A stretch of DNA of 62,901 bases, filler included, from Salisapilia sapeloensis CBS 127946 (Eukaryota; Protista; Oomycota): assembly GCA_023334545.1 (NCBI GenBank). It is 17 parts of 17 records of this genome, joined end to end, with 100 filler letters (N's around TTAATTAATTAA, not from the genome) between each part and the next. Parts side by side here need not be neighbours in the genome. Positions count along the whole stretch, not along the records: positions 1 to 7,285 come from JAADVB010000521.1; positions 7,386 to 21,307 come from JAADVB010000393.1; 15 more parts are not named here. One strand, 5' to 3'. Position numbers and translations under genes: made by a program. Each line of letters begins with the position of its first letter. Position 1 is the stretch's first letter. This document shows positions 1-9,375 of the stretch, in pieces. The notes beneath the pieces were generated by a model, which worked only from the letters and a program-made list of their open reading frames with translations, did no database searches and had not been told where the DNA came from.

Positions 1-141
1 ACGAGAAGAACGCGCCGACACTCATCATGGTGCATGCTCTAAACCCCTACGGCTTCGCTCGGCTGCGACGATTCAATGAAAACAACGTCGACATCAATCG
101 CAACTTTTTGACACCGGAAGAGTTTGCTCACCTGCAAAAGC
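1..141. repeat. Left arm of 141-bp perfect inverted repeat at the ends of contig 1
   Basis: Exact reverse complement of 7145-7285; identity stops at base 142. Confidence 0.97.
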
Positions 142-872
142 AGGATACGAATAAATACCACTACGACGAAATTGACTTTGCGCTGAATCCAGACGAAGAT
201 ATTGAAAAGATCACTTATTCATTCTGGCTCCAAGCGATAAGGATGTTAACAAAGTTTAGCTACGAAGCGATAAAAACGGGCGTAGTAGCAGGTAACTATC
301 ACTACCCAAAGACCGTCTACTATGGAGGTGACCGGATGGAGCTAAGCCTAAAGCTCCTACGTCAATTCCTACTGGATCATATCGACTTCAAGAGTCTTAA
401 AAAGTTTTCGTGTATGGACATCCACACTGGCCTGGGACCATCCGGGTATGACACAATGCTGTTAGAGACATCCAGTAACTTGGAATTGATCAAGTCGACG
501 TTACCGAAGGAGCATGAGGTGGGCAAATTAATTTTCATGGGGGACGACAAGGCCGCTGTATCGCAAGGGTATAATGCTGTAAAAGGTCTCGTGAATGCTG
601 GCATCGCCTCCATGCTACCAAAGCAGCTACTTCCAAAGGCTATTCTCGTGACACAGGAGTTTGGCACCGTCCCAGGTGTCTTTATCCTGAAGGCGACGGT
701 GGAGGAAAACGCTATGTATCATCACAAACCAGCTCGTCGGCAACCGTATGCAGAAAAACTTCGAGACGCCTTTTACATCAGCAAGAGTCCCAGTTGGAAG
801 GCAAATGTCATTGACCGAGGCATCTCGGTCTTTGATCAGATCTACGAGTACACTTCGCCTCGTGAAAATTAA
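3..872 (+). CDS. DUF2817 / M14-like zinc carboxypeptidase, copy A (5' partial)
   Basis: Motifs HALNPYGFARLRRFNENNVDINRNF, DIHTGLG and QEFGT. The frame is open to the contig edge (EKNAPTLIM...), so ATG 27 is not the true start. Confidence 0.85.
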   Translation, partial: EKNAPTLIMVHALNPYGFARLRRFNENNVDINRNFLTPEEFAHLQKQDTNKYHYDEIDFALNPDEDIEKITYSFWLQAIRMLTKFSYEAIKTGVVAGNYHYPKTVYYGGDRMELSLKLLRQFLLDHIDFKSLKKFSCMDIHTGLGPSGYDTMLLETSSNLELIKSTLPKEHEVGKLIFMGDDKAAVSQGYNAVKGLVNAGIASMLPKQLLPKAILVTQEFGTVPGVFILKATVEENAMYHHKPARRQPYAEKLRDAFYISKSPSWKANVIDRGISVFDQIYEYTSPREN

Positions 873-958
873 AGAATTTGCCTTTTCTTTCGTTTTATTT
901 TTAAACTTATGGAGCTTTAAAGGTCACACGACCGGACAGACCAAGAGACACGAGACGG

Positions 959-1951
959 ATGAGTGCCAGCATCGACTCTAGACTACAGATGGATGGCGTA
1001 GAAAAAAGATATAATTCAAATGCAGGGCAATTGATACCCTATAGTGAAGACGGCCTTGAAAAGGTTATAAATATGGCATGTGTGGATGCCAAGTCCATGA
1101 ACCCGTTTCAAGGATCGAGCTCTACACTGCCGTTTGCAGACACTTCCGATCGCAAATTACCACCTAAGGCGTTGTCACTACTCGTAAGGAGCTTAACGCC
1201 GCAGACTTGGAAGGAGGTGAAGCAATCGCCGCCGAATGTCTGCAAAACGGACACGCGAAAGAGGTCATCTACTAAAAGAGTGCACGCCGATGCACCATCA
1301 AAGCGTAGGTCTTCTTCAACAAAGACTAAGAAACGCCGCGACAGGTCTAGTGCAAAAGCTGGGCGGAAGTATGCCAACCAAGACGACATGTATGGAGCAT
1401 TCAGTGGTGATGAATCCTTTGATGAAGAGTTATTAAAACCGATAGAGGGTCAGACCGAGAATAAGCAGAACTTTGATCATATCTTGGGAGCAGGTGAGTA
1501 CGGATGCACAAACAAAGACAAGAAGAGACCAGAGATAAGGTCAACAGAAGTTACTGATCCGAAGCGCACAGAGACGATTGACAACTCGTTATGTCGCTTG
1601 TCTAAGAAGGAAGAGCTCGACAAGGGGCGGATGTACGATGACGAGTACTTGAATGCAATCGATTGTCAGATGTCTTCACTTGAGGAAAAGAAGTTAGAAA
1701 TTGCTCGAGAACAAAAGGTAGAGGAGGATAATAGCCGAAGACTCAAGCTAGATCTAGTCGCTTCCATTCGAAAAGCACACGTATGTAGGTTTCAACCGCT
1801 ACACTTGGTCAGCGACCTACCAAGAGACGATCTACTCCTGAAGAGAAAGCCTATGCGAAAGGATAAATCAAGTCCGTCGCACAGAGAAGAGCGATCGATG
1901 AAAAAGCCTCGACGAAAGCGAAGTCGTTCATCTCGAAAAGACATTGCATAA
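959..1951 (+). CDS. Hypothetical K/R/S-rich protein, possibly nuclear
   Basis: 330-aa ORF with basic clusters and a coiled-coil-like stretch; no recognisable family motif. Confidence 0.55.
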   Translation: MSASIDSRLQMDGVEKRYNSNAGQLIPYSEDGLEKVINMACVDAKSMNPFQGSSSTLPFADTSDRKLPPKALSLLVRSLTPQTWKEVKQSPPNVCKTDTRKRSSTKRVHADAPSKRRSSSTKTKKRRDRSSAKAGRKYANQDDMYGAFSGDESFDEELLKPIEGQTENKQNFDHILGAGEYGCTNKDKKRPEIRSTEVTDPKRTETIDNSLCRLSKKEELDKGRMYDDEYLNAIDCQMSSLEEKKLEIAREQKVEEDNSRRLKLDLVASIRKAHVCRFQPLHLVSDLPRDDLLLKRKPMRKDKSSPSHREERSMKKPRRKRSRSSRKDIA

Positions 1952-1977
1952 CAACGTGAGAGGTTTATAAACTTTTA

Positions 1978-2847
1978 CTAGACTTCTTGCTTCATCTTTT
2001 TCTTTTCTATCTCCATCTTCTCCTGTTGTTCCACCCAAATACGGGCACTTCTCCTGCCAAGATCAAAAAGCTCATCGAGCACCTCACTCTCCGGTGGCAG
2101 GAGTGCCATTGCTCCCAATTGCAGGACAGAGTAAGGGAACTTTTCATCAATCGAAGGTGATATCTCGTAGTCCGGACGACCTAACCTGGACGCAGGCAAC
2201 GCACACACTTTGACGTACCCTTCTATCTCTGGAACGAGTGTCCATAGCCCTCCATCCATATGCAGCTCGCCTCGGAACTCTGTTGCACCACGTCCAGATA
2301 AATAGTACGGAACGTAGCAACTGGCGATAATAGCGTCGCACAAGTCTTCAGGTGACAAGAACTCGTTGCAATGAAAGGCGTCCTGTGGAGGCCACACGCG
2401 TTGCGTCGCGATCGTCAGCCGATTGTTCAAGTCTTCAATCTTAATGCCACCGAATTTTGCATTAAAGATGTGACGAAGCCGTGGCTCTAGCTTGCCTACT
2501 GTGCCATACTCATGGCCGATTTTCGCCATGTTCTTGACCTCGTCCTGAATCTCTTGTATATCCTTCTTCGCTACAATTGAGAGTGCTGTGATGGCGCCAC
2601 CGGATGCACCAGCGACCTTGGAACGATCAGTCAAGTATCCATGCAGCTGCAATTCTTTTGCAACGCCGAGATGATAACTGAGTAGGAAGCCTGCGCCACT
2701 AAAACTAAAGTTGCGTGTTCTGGTGTAGAATTTGTCATCGCTCGATGGGTCTTTGGCTAGAGCTAGAGGCTGTAGCTGTAGCAGTGCGACGGAGCTACTC
2801 GCAACTACGGCTGCAGTGCCCGACCAGCGCAAGAGTCTTCGGTGCAT
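1978..2847 (-). CDS. Patatin-like phospholipase (PNPLA family)
   Basis: Gly-rich FSGAGFLLSYHLGV, nucleophile GASGG and DGG motif. Probable start MHRRLLRW (2847) resembles a targeting peptide; the ORF extends to 2907. Confidence 0.9.
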   Translation of the reverse strand: MHRRLLRWSGTAAVVASSSVALLQLQPLALAKDPSSDDKFYTRTRNFSFSGAGFLLSYHLGVAKELQLHGYLTDRSKVAGASGGAITALSIVAKKDIQEIQDEVKNMAKIGHEYGTVGKLEPRLRHIFNAKFGGIKIEDLNNRLTIATQRVWPPQDAFHCNEFLSPEDLCDAIIASCYVPYYLSGRGATEFRGELHMDGGLWTLVPEIEGYVKVCALPASRLGRPDYEISPSIDEKFPYSVLQLGAMALLPPESEVLDELFDLGRRSARIWVEQQEKMEIEKKKMKQEV

Positions 2848-3473
2848 TGGATAGTTCGTAGTGACTCTGAGAACGCCTACCAAATACGCACTTAAACTAC
2901 TGCGCATCTAATACTATAGAAAATCTGAAGGTGGAAATTGAAGCGAGCAAACTGATATCTGGGCCTAACTGCGATAGATGAATATTCTATTGATAGTAGT
3001 TCCTCGAGTTGGAAAGTAGGTAGAAGCAGAGTAAATGTCCACCACGATAATGATGCTTGCTAATCAATTAACGGTTTGTATTTATCCACGAGCAGATGTC
3101 GAGTTTCGGTAGTCGCTCCATACTCGTCTCCAAGTCTCTATCGGCTATATGGCATTTAAAGAAGCGGAAGAACACGCTAAGAAGAAGGAGACTCCCGTAA
3201 TATAACCAAAGTGCATTTGATACTCCCTTGTTTTCTGCAGTGACATCCTAGCCAGTTGTCCTGTCCATCGCCTTCTATAAAGGTTACCAGTCACTTGGAG
3301 TCAAAATCTAGAAAAAATGGTATGCAACGAGAGACAAGCATGCGCTATGTAATCTTTCCTTGTCTTGCAGTTCGTACTCTCTAGACCTGATTTTCAAATC
3401 ACATTTTCGCGTGCGGTGGTTGAGTCGACATTACGCGTGGTGCAGCTTGGATTTGAAAAGTAATTGGTTCTAC

Positions 3474-3490
3474 CTCACTTTCAATTTCGC
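3474..3490 (+). promoter_or_regulatory. Oomycete INR+FPR core promoter upstream of the MAPEG gene
   Basis: CTCACTTTCAATTTCGC matches YCAYTYY followed by MWTTTNC, about 40 nt before ATG 3530. Confidence 0.6.
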
Positions 3491-3529
3491 CGCTACCACT
3501 TGACACTTCGGTCCCCTTTCATATCCGTC

Positions 3530-4006
3530 ATGACTGCTTCTCTCCATTTAAAAGTCTTCGCAAGCTGTGCCGCAGTGCTCTTCTTTAAGGTTGCTATCAC
3601 CCAGCGAAAGCAAGCTGTCGCTGCATTCAAAGCTGGAGAGCGTGCTCCAGAGGATCAAGTTCTCGTGAAGGGCCCTCGAACTCAAAAGCAGCACTTTGGA
3701 CTGGATGCAAAGGATGATGACGAAAAGACCAAGAAAGCGAAGCAGGACAATGCTCGCTGGAAGCGCGTCGTCGCGAACGACACGGACAGCATCCCACTTG
3801 CTCTTGTCCTCTTTGGCACAGGTGCCCTTGTCGAGACACACTCCACGCTTCAAATCGCTACATTGACCACCTTCACTGTGGCTCGTATCCTGCACACGAT
3901 CTTGTACCTAAAAGCAAAGACCCCCCATCGCTCCATCGCTTTCCTCATCGGTGCCGCCGCTATTGTTGTCAGCCTCGCCGACACGCTCATCTGCGTCTAC
4001 GCATAA
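3530..4006 (+). CDS. MAPEG family membrane protein (microsomal GST / PGE synthase-like)
   Basis: Hydrophobic helices, RWKRVVANDTDSIP (RxxxNDxExI-like) and FTVARILHTILY motifs. Confidence 0.88.
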   Translation: MTASLHLKVFASCAAVLFFKVAITQRKQAVAAFKAGERAPEDQVLVKGPRTQKQHFGLDAKDDDEKTKKAKQDNARWKRVVANDTDSIPLALVLFGTGALVETHSTLQIATLTTFTVARILHTILYLKAKTPHRSIAFLIGAAAIVVSLADTLICVYA

Positions 4007-4108
4007 GCGCTGGAGCGCCCTACCAAGCCTAAGGAAGATAAAAATAAAAAGCATTGTTGAAACTCTCATCCAAGTAGCCACTGACGATAAAGTTTCCATC
4101 TCTCGATC

Positions 4109-5058
4109 ATGTTTTTCTGGGCAAAGTACGGCTTTGGTAACTAGATTTTACAGATGCAAATGATCTTAATGAAAGTACGTGACTGATCAGTACTACCACG
4201 TAGAACCGACGGAGGCAAAGATGTACAACTCGATGGTATCAGCTAGTATCTTGCTTAGCTTCTTGCAGACCAAGTGTGGTCACGAAATCGATGACTTTTG
4301 CAAGCAAAAGAGCCTACAGCTCAGTGTTGAGATTGATGCTTTGCAAAGATCACTCGGTAGTTTAACACGCCAAGGCTCGACTGCTAGCATGGCGAATATT
4401 CAAACATCTACGTCGAACCTAGAGTTGGAAGTTGAGGATGCTGCCGACAGCACTGCTCAATCAAAGTTGAATGATACTCAGCAATCGCTTATGGATCCTA
4501 CTGCATCGAGACCTACAAGTGGCGCATCTGCTAGACCACCAAGTGGAGAGTCAGCTAGACCTCCGAGTGCAAAGCTCACGTCGCGTCCAACCACGCCTGG
4601 CACAAATCGGAGTATAGCATCTTCAAGTAGCACGAGCCTGCTGCGGGATGACATCGCGCAGCCTGAAGACGGTATGGTTCAAAGTACACGAATGGAAAAA
4701 GAAGAGAAAGAGAAGCAATTGCAAACATTGAATACGGCAGCGAAGTTAGCAAAAGGTAGGTGTATATTTGAAACTGTTGAAAGATACTTTCCTGTCTCAT
4801 CCGTCAAGTAGAACTGTTAGCTGGATCTGCTCGGATGGACTTTGTGGATGATAACGGAGATCGCATGAGTGTCGATTCATTGGGACACGAGAAAGCGAGC
4901 TCCGTACTACAACCACGAGCCGAGTACACTGTCGCTATCATTCGTATGTATCCCTTTTGTCAGAATGCACACACCCGACGTGCTGAAGTACTTTTGTAGG
5001 CGACAATTCGGATGGCACCTCTACTGCAACATCGCTACTGTTTAAACTACATAGATAA
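4109..5058 (+). CDS. 4-exon gene, CXorf65/C22orf15-like small domain with a long low-complexity insert
   Basis: Introns 4137-4203, 4756-4811 and 4944-4999 (all GT..AG) give one frame: MFFWAKYGFEPTEAKMYN...LLSFLQTKCG...MDFVDDNG...ASSVLQPRAEYTVAII. The gene model is solid; the family call is by eye. Confidence 0.65.
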
Positions 5059-5221
5059 GTAAAAAAGATAGTAACAATTGGATAGTTCACCAGTATCATG
5101 TTTGTTCCACTCCTAGCAGATCATGAAATCATAAAAGAAATGCCATACAATGAAGAGAAAGCAAAGCGCATCCTTATAGTAAAGATCGCACCGACAGAGC
5201 TCTCTCCTGAGCTGACGGGCT

Positions 5222-5863
5222 TCAGATCTCGACAGGCTTGCCCTGGGAAGCGTAGTTGTCGTAGTACTCAACAACCTTGTCCCAGTTGGCGACGTTCCAG
5301 AACGCAGAGATGTACTCCGGACGACGGTTCTGGTACTTAAGGTAGTACGCGTGCTCCCACACGTCAAGACCGAGGATTGGGATCATCGGGTCGTCAACGT
5401 TCGGCATGAGCGGGTTGTCTTGGTTCGGCGTGGACGTGATGCCGAGCGAGCCATCGCTCTTAACACCGAGCCAGGCCCAGCCAGAGCCGAAGCGAGCAGA
5501 GGCAGCGGCGTTGAACTTGGTCTTCATCTCATCGAGCGAGCCAAAGTCCTTGTCAATCTGTTCCTTAAGCTTGCCCGAAGGAGCCGTGTTCGTGGAGCCA
5601 GGAGAGGTCATCCAGGTCCAGAAGAGCGAGTGGTTGTAGTGGCCACCACCGTTGTTACGCACAGGCGCAACGTCAGCGCTTTTAACGACTTCGACGATGG
5701 ACTTGCCCTGGAGAGACGAGCCAGCATCGGACGAGATGTAGTCGTTGATCTTGGTCACGTATCCGTTGTGGTGCTTGGTGTGATGAATGTTCATCGTGTC
5801 CGTGTCCACGAACGGCTCGAGAGCGTTGTAGTCATAAGAGAGCTTAGGCAATTCGAACGACAT
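5222..5863 (-). CDS. sodA: Mn superoxide dismutase, no transit peptide (probably cytosolic)
   Basis: [25 protein letters not shown] and DVWEHAYY motifs; in-frame upstream stop. Confidence 0.96.
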   Translation of the reverse strand: MSFELPKLSYDYNALEPFVDTDTMNIHHTKHHNGYVTKINDYISSDAGSSLQGKSIVEVVKSADVAPVRNNGGGHYNHSLFWTWMTSPGSTNTAPSGKLKEQIDKDFGSLDEMKTKFNAAASARFGSGWAWLGVKSDGSLGITSTPNQDNPLMPNVDDPMIPILGLDVWEHAYYLKYQNRRPEYISAFWNVANWDKVVEYYDNYASQGKPVEI

Positions 5864-6422
5864 TCTTGCTTTTGTTGGAGTTGCTTCTTCTCAGCGCCGC
5901 AAAAAGGATAATGGCAACAATTTCTTCAATAAGATCTTTTCCTCGAATTCGACTGATTATTTACCAATGAGAAATTTTCTTTCGATTTTCTACTAATCAC
6001 ACAGGACGTGTAAAATGACGCGGATGATAACGCAAACACCAAGGCGAAAGTTTTCTAACCAACAGTGTTTGAAGTCCAATTGAAGCGAATTGAAGTCGAG
6101 TCAAAAGGCTGAGGTGATCTAGCAGGTAGTCCACAGTAGTTTTTCATTCAATTTGATTATCGAACAAATTGTGCAGTACCTTTGGTTTTATAGTAAAGTC
6201 ATGACACGGCTTAACGTTAATTACTATCTGAGTTTCCACGTCTACTACTTTCTGCTACGAGGTTCAAGAGATGGTAGTGGAAGATCTAGGTAGGAAATGC
6301 TTCTCTAATGTGTATATAGACGTGGATGAGAAACTTCATCAAACTCAATTGACAAAATTGTACTTGAATTGATTGTCTTTTCCTTGCATGATCTCGGAGC
6401 ATTCCTTGCATGTCAACGGGAT

Positions 6423-7283
6423 CTACTGAGGAGAGGTGGCTTTTAGAGTTCTCTCAAAGACCGAGACACCCCTCATGATGATGTCGCTCTTCCAGCTTGG
6501 GCTCTTATTTATGTAGAAAGCATCTCGCAGCGTTTCGGCATATGGGAGACGACGCTCAATCTTGCTGTGATACATGTAATTCTCTTCAATGATAGTCTTG
6601 AACACAAACGGCAGCGGAACCGTGCCAAATTCTTGTGCAAAGATGACCGTATTGGATTGCACTGACGTAGGCAACATATTGAAGATACCAGTCATGATAT
6701 CGCCTGCAATGTCGTATTCCTTAATCAAAGCGTCACCTGCATTCCCAATAACAGAAATCCTTCCTTGTTTATCCTCCTCCGACAAAGCTTCCTTCACGCG
6801 ACCACCAGACGTCTTCCCGCTCGCAATGAGTGTGTCTTTACCAGGGGCACCCAGACCGGTGTGGACGTCAATGCAGGCAAAGCTTTTCAGCTGATCTAAT
6901 TGAACGTGGTTCTTCAAAAATTGCTTCAGCAGTATCAAGCTAGGTTGCAGCTCATCGCCACCGTAAAAGATACCCTTTCGATCATGGTATGTTCCGGACA
7001 CAAAGGCAGCCTTTATAGTTGCCATACTGTACTGGAGCAACGTTCGTCCCAAGTGGTACCAGAACGAGTAGGTAACTTGCTCAATATCTGTATCAGGATC
7101 AAACAATGGCCTGAGATCCTCATAATGCTGTCTGTTCGGATCTAGCTTTTGCAGGTGAGCAAACTCTTCCGGTGTCAAAAAGTTGCGATTGATGTCGACG
7201 TTGTTTTCATTGAATCGTCGCAGCCGAGCGAAGCCGTAGGGGTTTAGAGCATGCACCATGATGAGTGTCGGCGCGTTCTTCTC
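6423..7283 (-). CDS. DUF2817 / M14-like zinc carboxypeptidase, copy B (5' partial)
   Basis: Same motifs as copy A (HALNPYG, DVHTGLG, QEFGT). First 141 nt identical to copy A, the rest strongly diverged. Confidence 0.85.
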   Translation of the reverse strand, partial: EKNAPTLIMVHALNPYGFARLRRFNENNVDINRNFLTPEEFAHLQKLDPNRQHYEDLRPLFDPDTDIEQVTYSFWYHLGRTLLQYSMATIKAAFVSGTYHDRKGIFYGGDELQPSLILLKQFLKNHVQLDQLKSFACIDVHTGLGAPGKDTLIASGKTSGGRVKEALSEEDKQGRISVIGNAGDALIKEYDIAGDIMTGIFNMLPTSVQSNTVIFAQEFGTVPLPFVFKTIIEENYMYHSKIERRLPYAETLRDAFYINKSPSWKSDIIMRGVSVFERTLKATSPQ

Positions 7284-7285
7284 GT
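7145..7285. repeat. Right arm of the contig 1 inverted repeat
   Basis: Exact reverse complement of 1-141. Confidence 0.97.
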
Positions 7286-7385
7286 NNNNNNNNNNNNNNN
7301 NNNNNNNNNNNNNNNNNNNNNNNNNNNNNTTAATTAATTAANNNNNNNNNNNNNNNNNNNNNNNNNNNNNNNNNNNNNNNNNNNN
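7286..7385. other. Artificial contig-joining spacer (first of 16)
   Basis: 44 N + TTAATTAATTAA (stops in all six frames) + 44 N. Other copies: 21308-21407, 25727-25826, 26961-27060, 29484-29583, 34245-34344, 36243-36342, 37710-37809, 39351-39450, 40504-40603, 51504-51603, 52809-52908, 55824-55923, 57217-57316, 59423-59522, 61472-61571. Confidence 0.99.
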
Positions 7386-8090
7386 GCCATGACCAGTTGG
7401 GAAGAAGGTAACGTTGTCGAATCAGAGCGATGTATTGAAGCATTCGAAGCGCAGGTCGGAGGCGACTCTCATCTCGATGTTCGATACAGCATGGCTACTA
7501 GGCTTTGATGGAGGAAATGATATCGTGAATGGTCACTTGCATATACGCGATTGAGTATCAGAATCTGTCGGAAGAATATGCACAACCTTGAAAGTGCTGT
7601 TGGGTGTTGTGGCGAAAATTTGGTGGTTGATAGTCATCTTTGCTGCTGAACACGAGCTCGAGCAGACACTGGGAGGATACGAGCCTTTCGTACATCTCGT
7701 ATGATCGTATCGTTCGGTAACTTTCGAAATGCTTGACTTATGGGTAATACAAGAAGCAAGATCGTTGAAATAAGAATGCTTCATACCCGGTGATCAAACA
7801 ACGTATTGATGAAGTTGCGTATGCTCTCGGGCAGATAGGATGTCCATGCAATACCCAATGCTAACAATACTTATAGAATATAAAACGAGAGGAGTCAAAG
7901 CTGTACAATCTTATATACAAGCAGTTTAGTCGCATTATGCATCTGGCCATCACATTCCATAGGCAAAGTATTGAAACCCATCTTCCAGCATATCCTTTCG
8001 ACTTCAAGCAAACTTCAACATTGTACAATTAGAAGACCTTCAAGCAACCACAACGGAGCAATAGGTACACGATAATTGCTGCATCACACC

Positions 8091-9339
8091 ATGGAGAAGA
8101 GTTCGAGACCTCAAGACGCACCGCAGAAGAAGAAACGACGCACTTTGCGTGATGCAGAGTCCGATCTAGAGCAAACACGTTTGCAGCTACAAGAATCGCA
8201 GCGTCAGCTCATTTCCACCGTACCTATCAATAGAACCATTATGCCCATCGTCCTACTGACCATGCCATCAATCAGGCGCGTGAAAATGCCAAAATGAAAG
8301 TACTATTGATGAAATACATCGATAGCGACACATCGCTCAATGAAACGAGTCAGCTCAGCTCGATTGATCCGCAAAGCCAGAACGTAGCTGCATTTAGATT
8401 CAATTTACATCTCCTGATTGCTTATAATGATACTAGACGGACGGTCAGCAGTCACCTAAAATACTGTCCCAGCCATCCTTGCCGCCTTCTCAACTGTCAC
8501 TATCTCCTAATGCTGACACGACAGTGGAAGAAGCCGACGACTCATCCTTGATAGAAAATAGTGACGAGAGCTTTTTCGGACATGAGATGGATCCGAGTCA
8601 GTTGAGTCATATCAGTCAACTGAGCCAAATCAGCAACACTTCGAACCTCGAGGCTATCATCAATTACTTGGACAAACAGGATGGGACGTCCGTACCAAAG
8701 TAGGATGACGCAATCGATCTCTCTCTGCCCTATAAAGCTGATGATATGACGTAGAACGGATCCACCGGTCGTTGTACGAGTAGGTGTGGGTGTCCTTTTG
8801 ATGTCCAAGCAACATCCTGGATGTGTTCTCGTTGGACTACGAAAAGGATCTCATGGTGCTGGTAAATACGCTCTACCAGGTACTTTATGTACGCTTTCAT
8901 ATTCGAATCAAATGACTAGACAGCATGTAGGTGGACACTTGGAAATGTATGAAAGCTGGGAAGAATGTGCCATTCGGGAAATTAAAGAAGAGACAAGTAG
9001 GACTGTTATAAAATCTCTCGTTCCTGTCATCTGAAGCTAGTGTAGATATCGACTTGGATACCGTCCAGTTTGCTCACGTGACTAATGACCCGATGCGAGA
9101 CGAAGGTAGCTTTCTTTTCTTACGAGTAACCTTCATTACTTGACGACAATATCCTAGGGAAACATTACATTACAATTGCGACGCAAGCGATTGTGTCTAG
9201 TGACCAAAAGGTAGAGAATATGGAACCGCATAAATGTGAAGCCTGGGAATGGAAAGCATGGACAGAGCTCCAGACGATGGACAACTTGTTTATCCCGCTC
9301 TACCATCTCACCCGAACTTATCAACCAACTTTTCCATAA
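8091..9339 (+). CDS. 7-exon NUDT15-like Nudix hydrolase with N-terminal coiled-coil/Ser-rich extension
   Basis: Introns 8220-8275, 8384-8436, 8700-8754, 8880-8930, 8997-9045 and 9106-9157 keep frame. Motifs [15 protein letters not shown], Nudix box [29 protein letters not shown] and [10 protein letters not shown]. Confidence 0.85.
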
Positions 9340-9375
9340 TCAAAACATGCATTAGTATGCTAAGCATTTACGTTA

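Noticed and set aside
7386-7860. Possible multi-exon gene fragment at the start of contig 2
   Set aside because: No splice model gave one consistent frame or a recognisable product.
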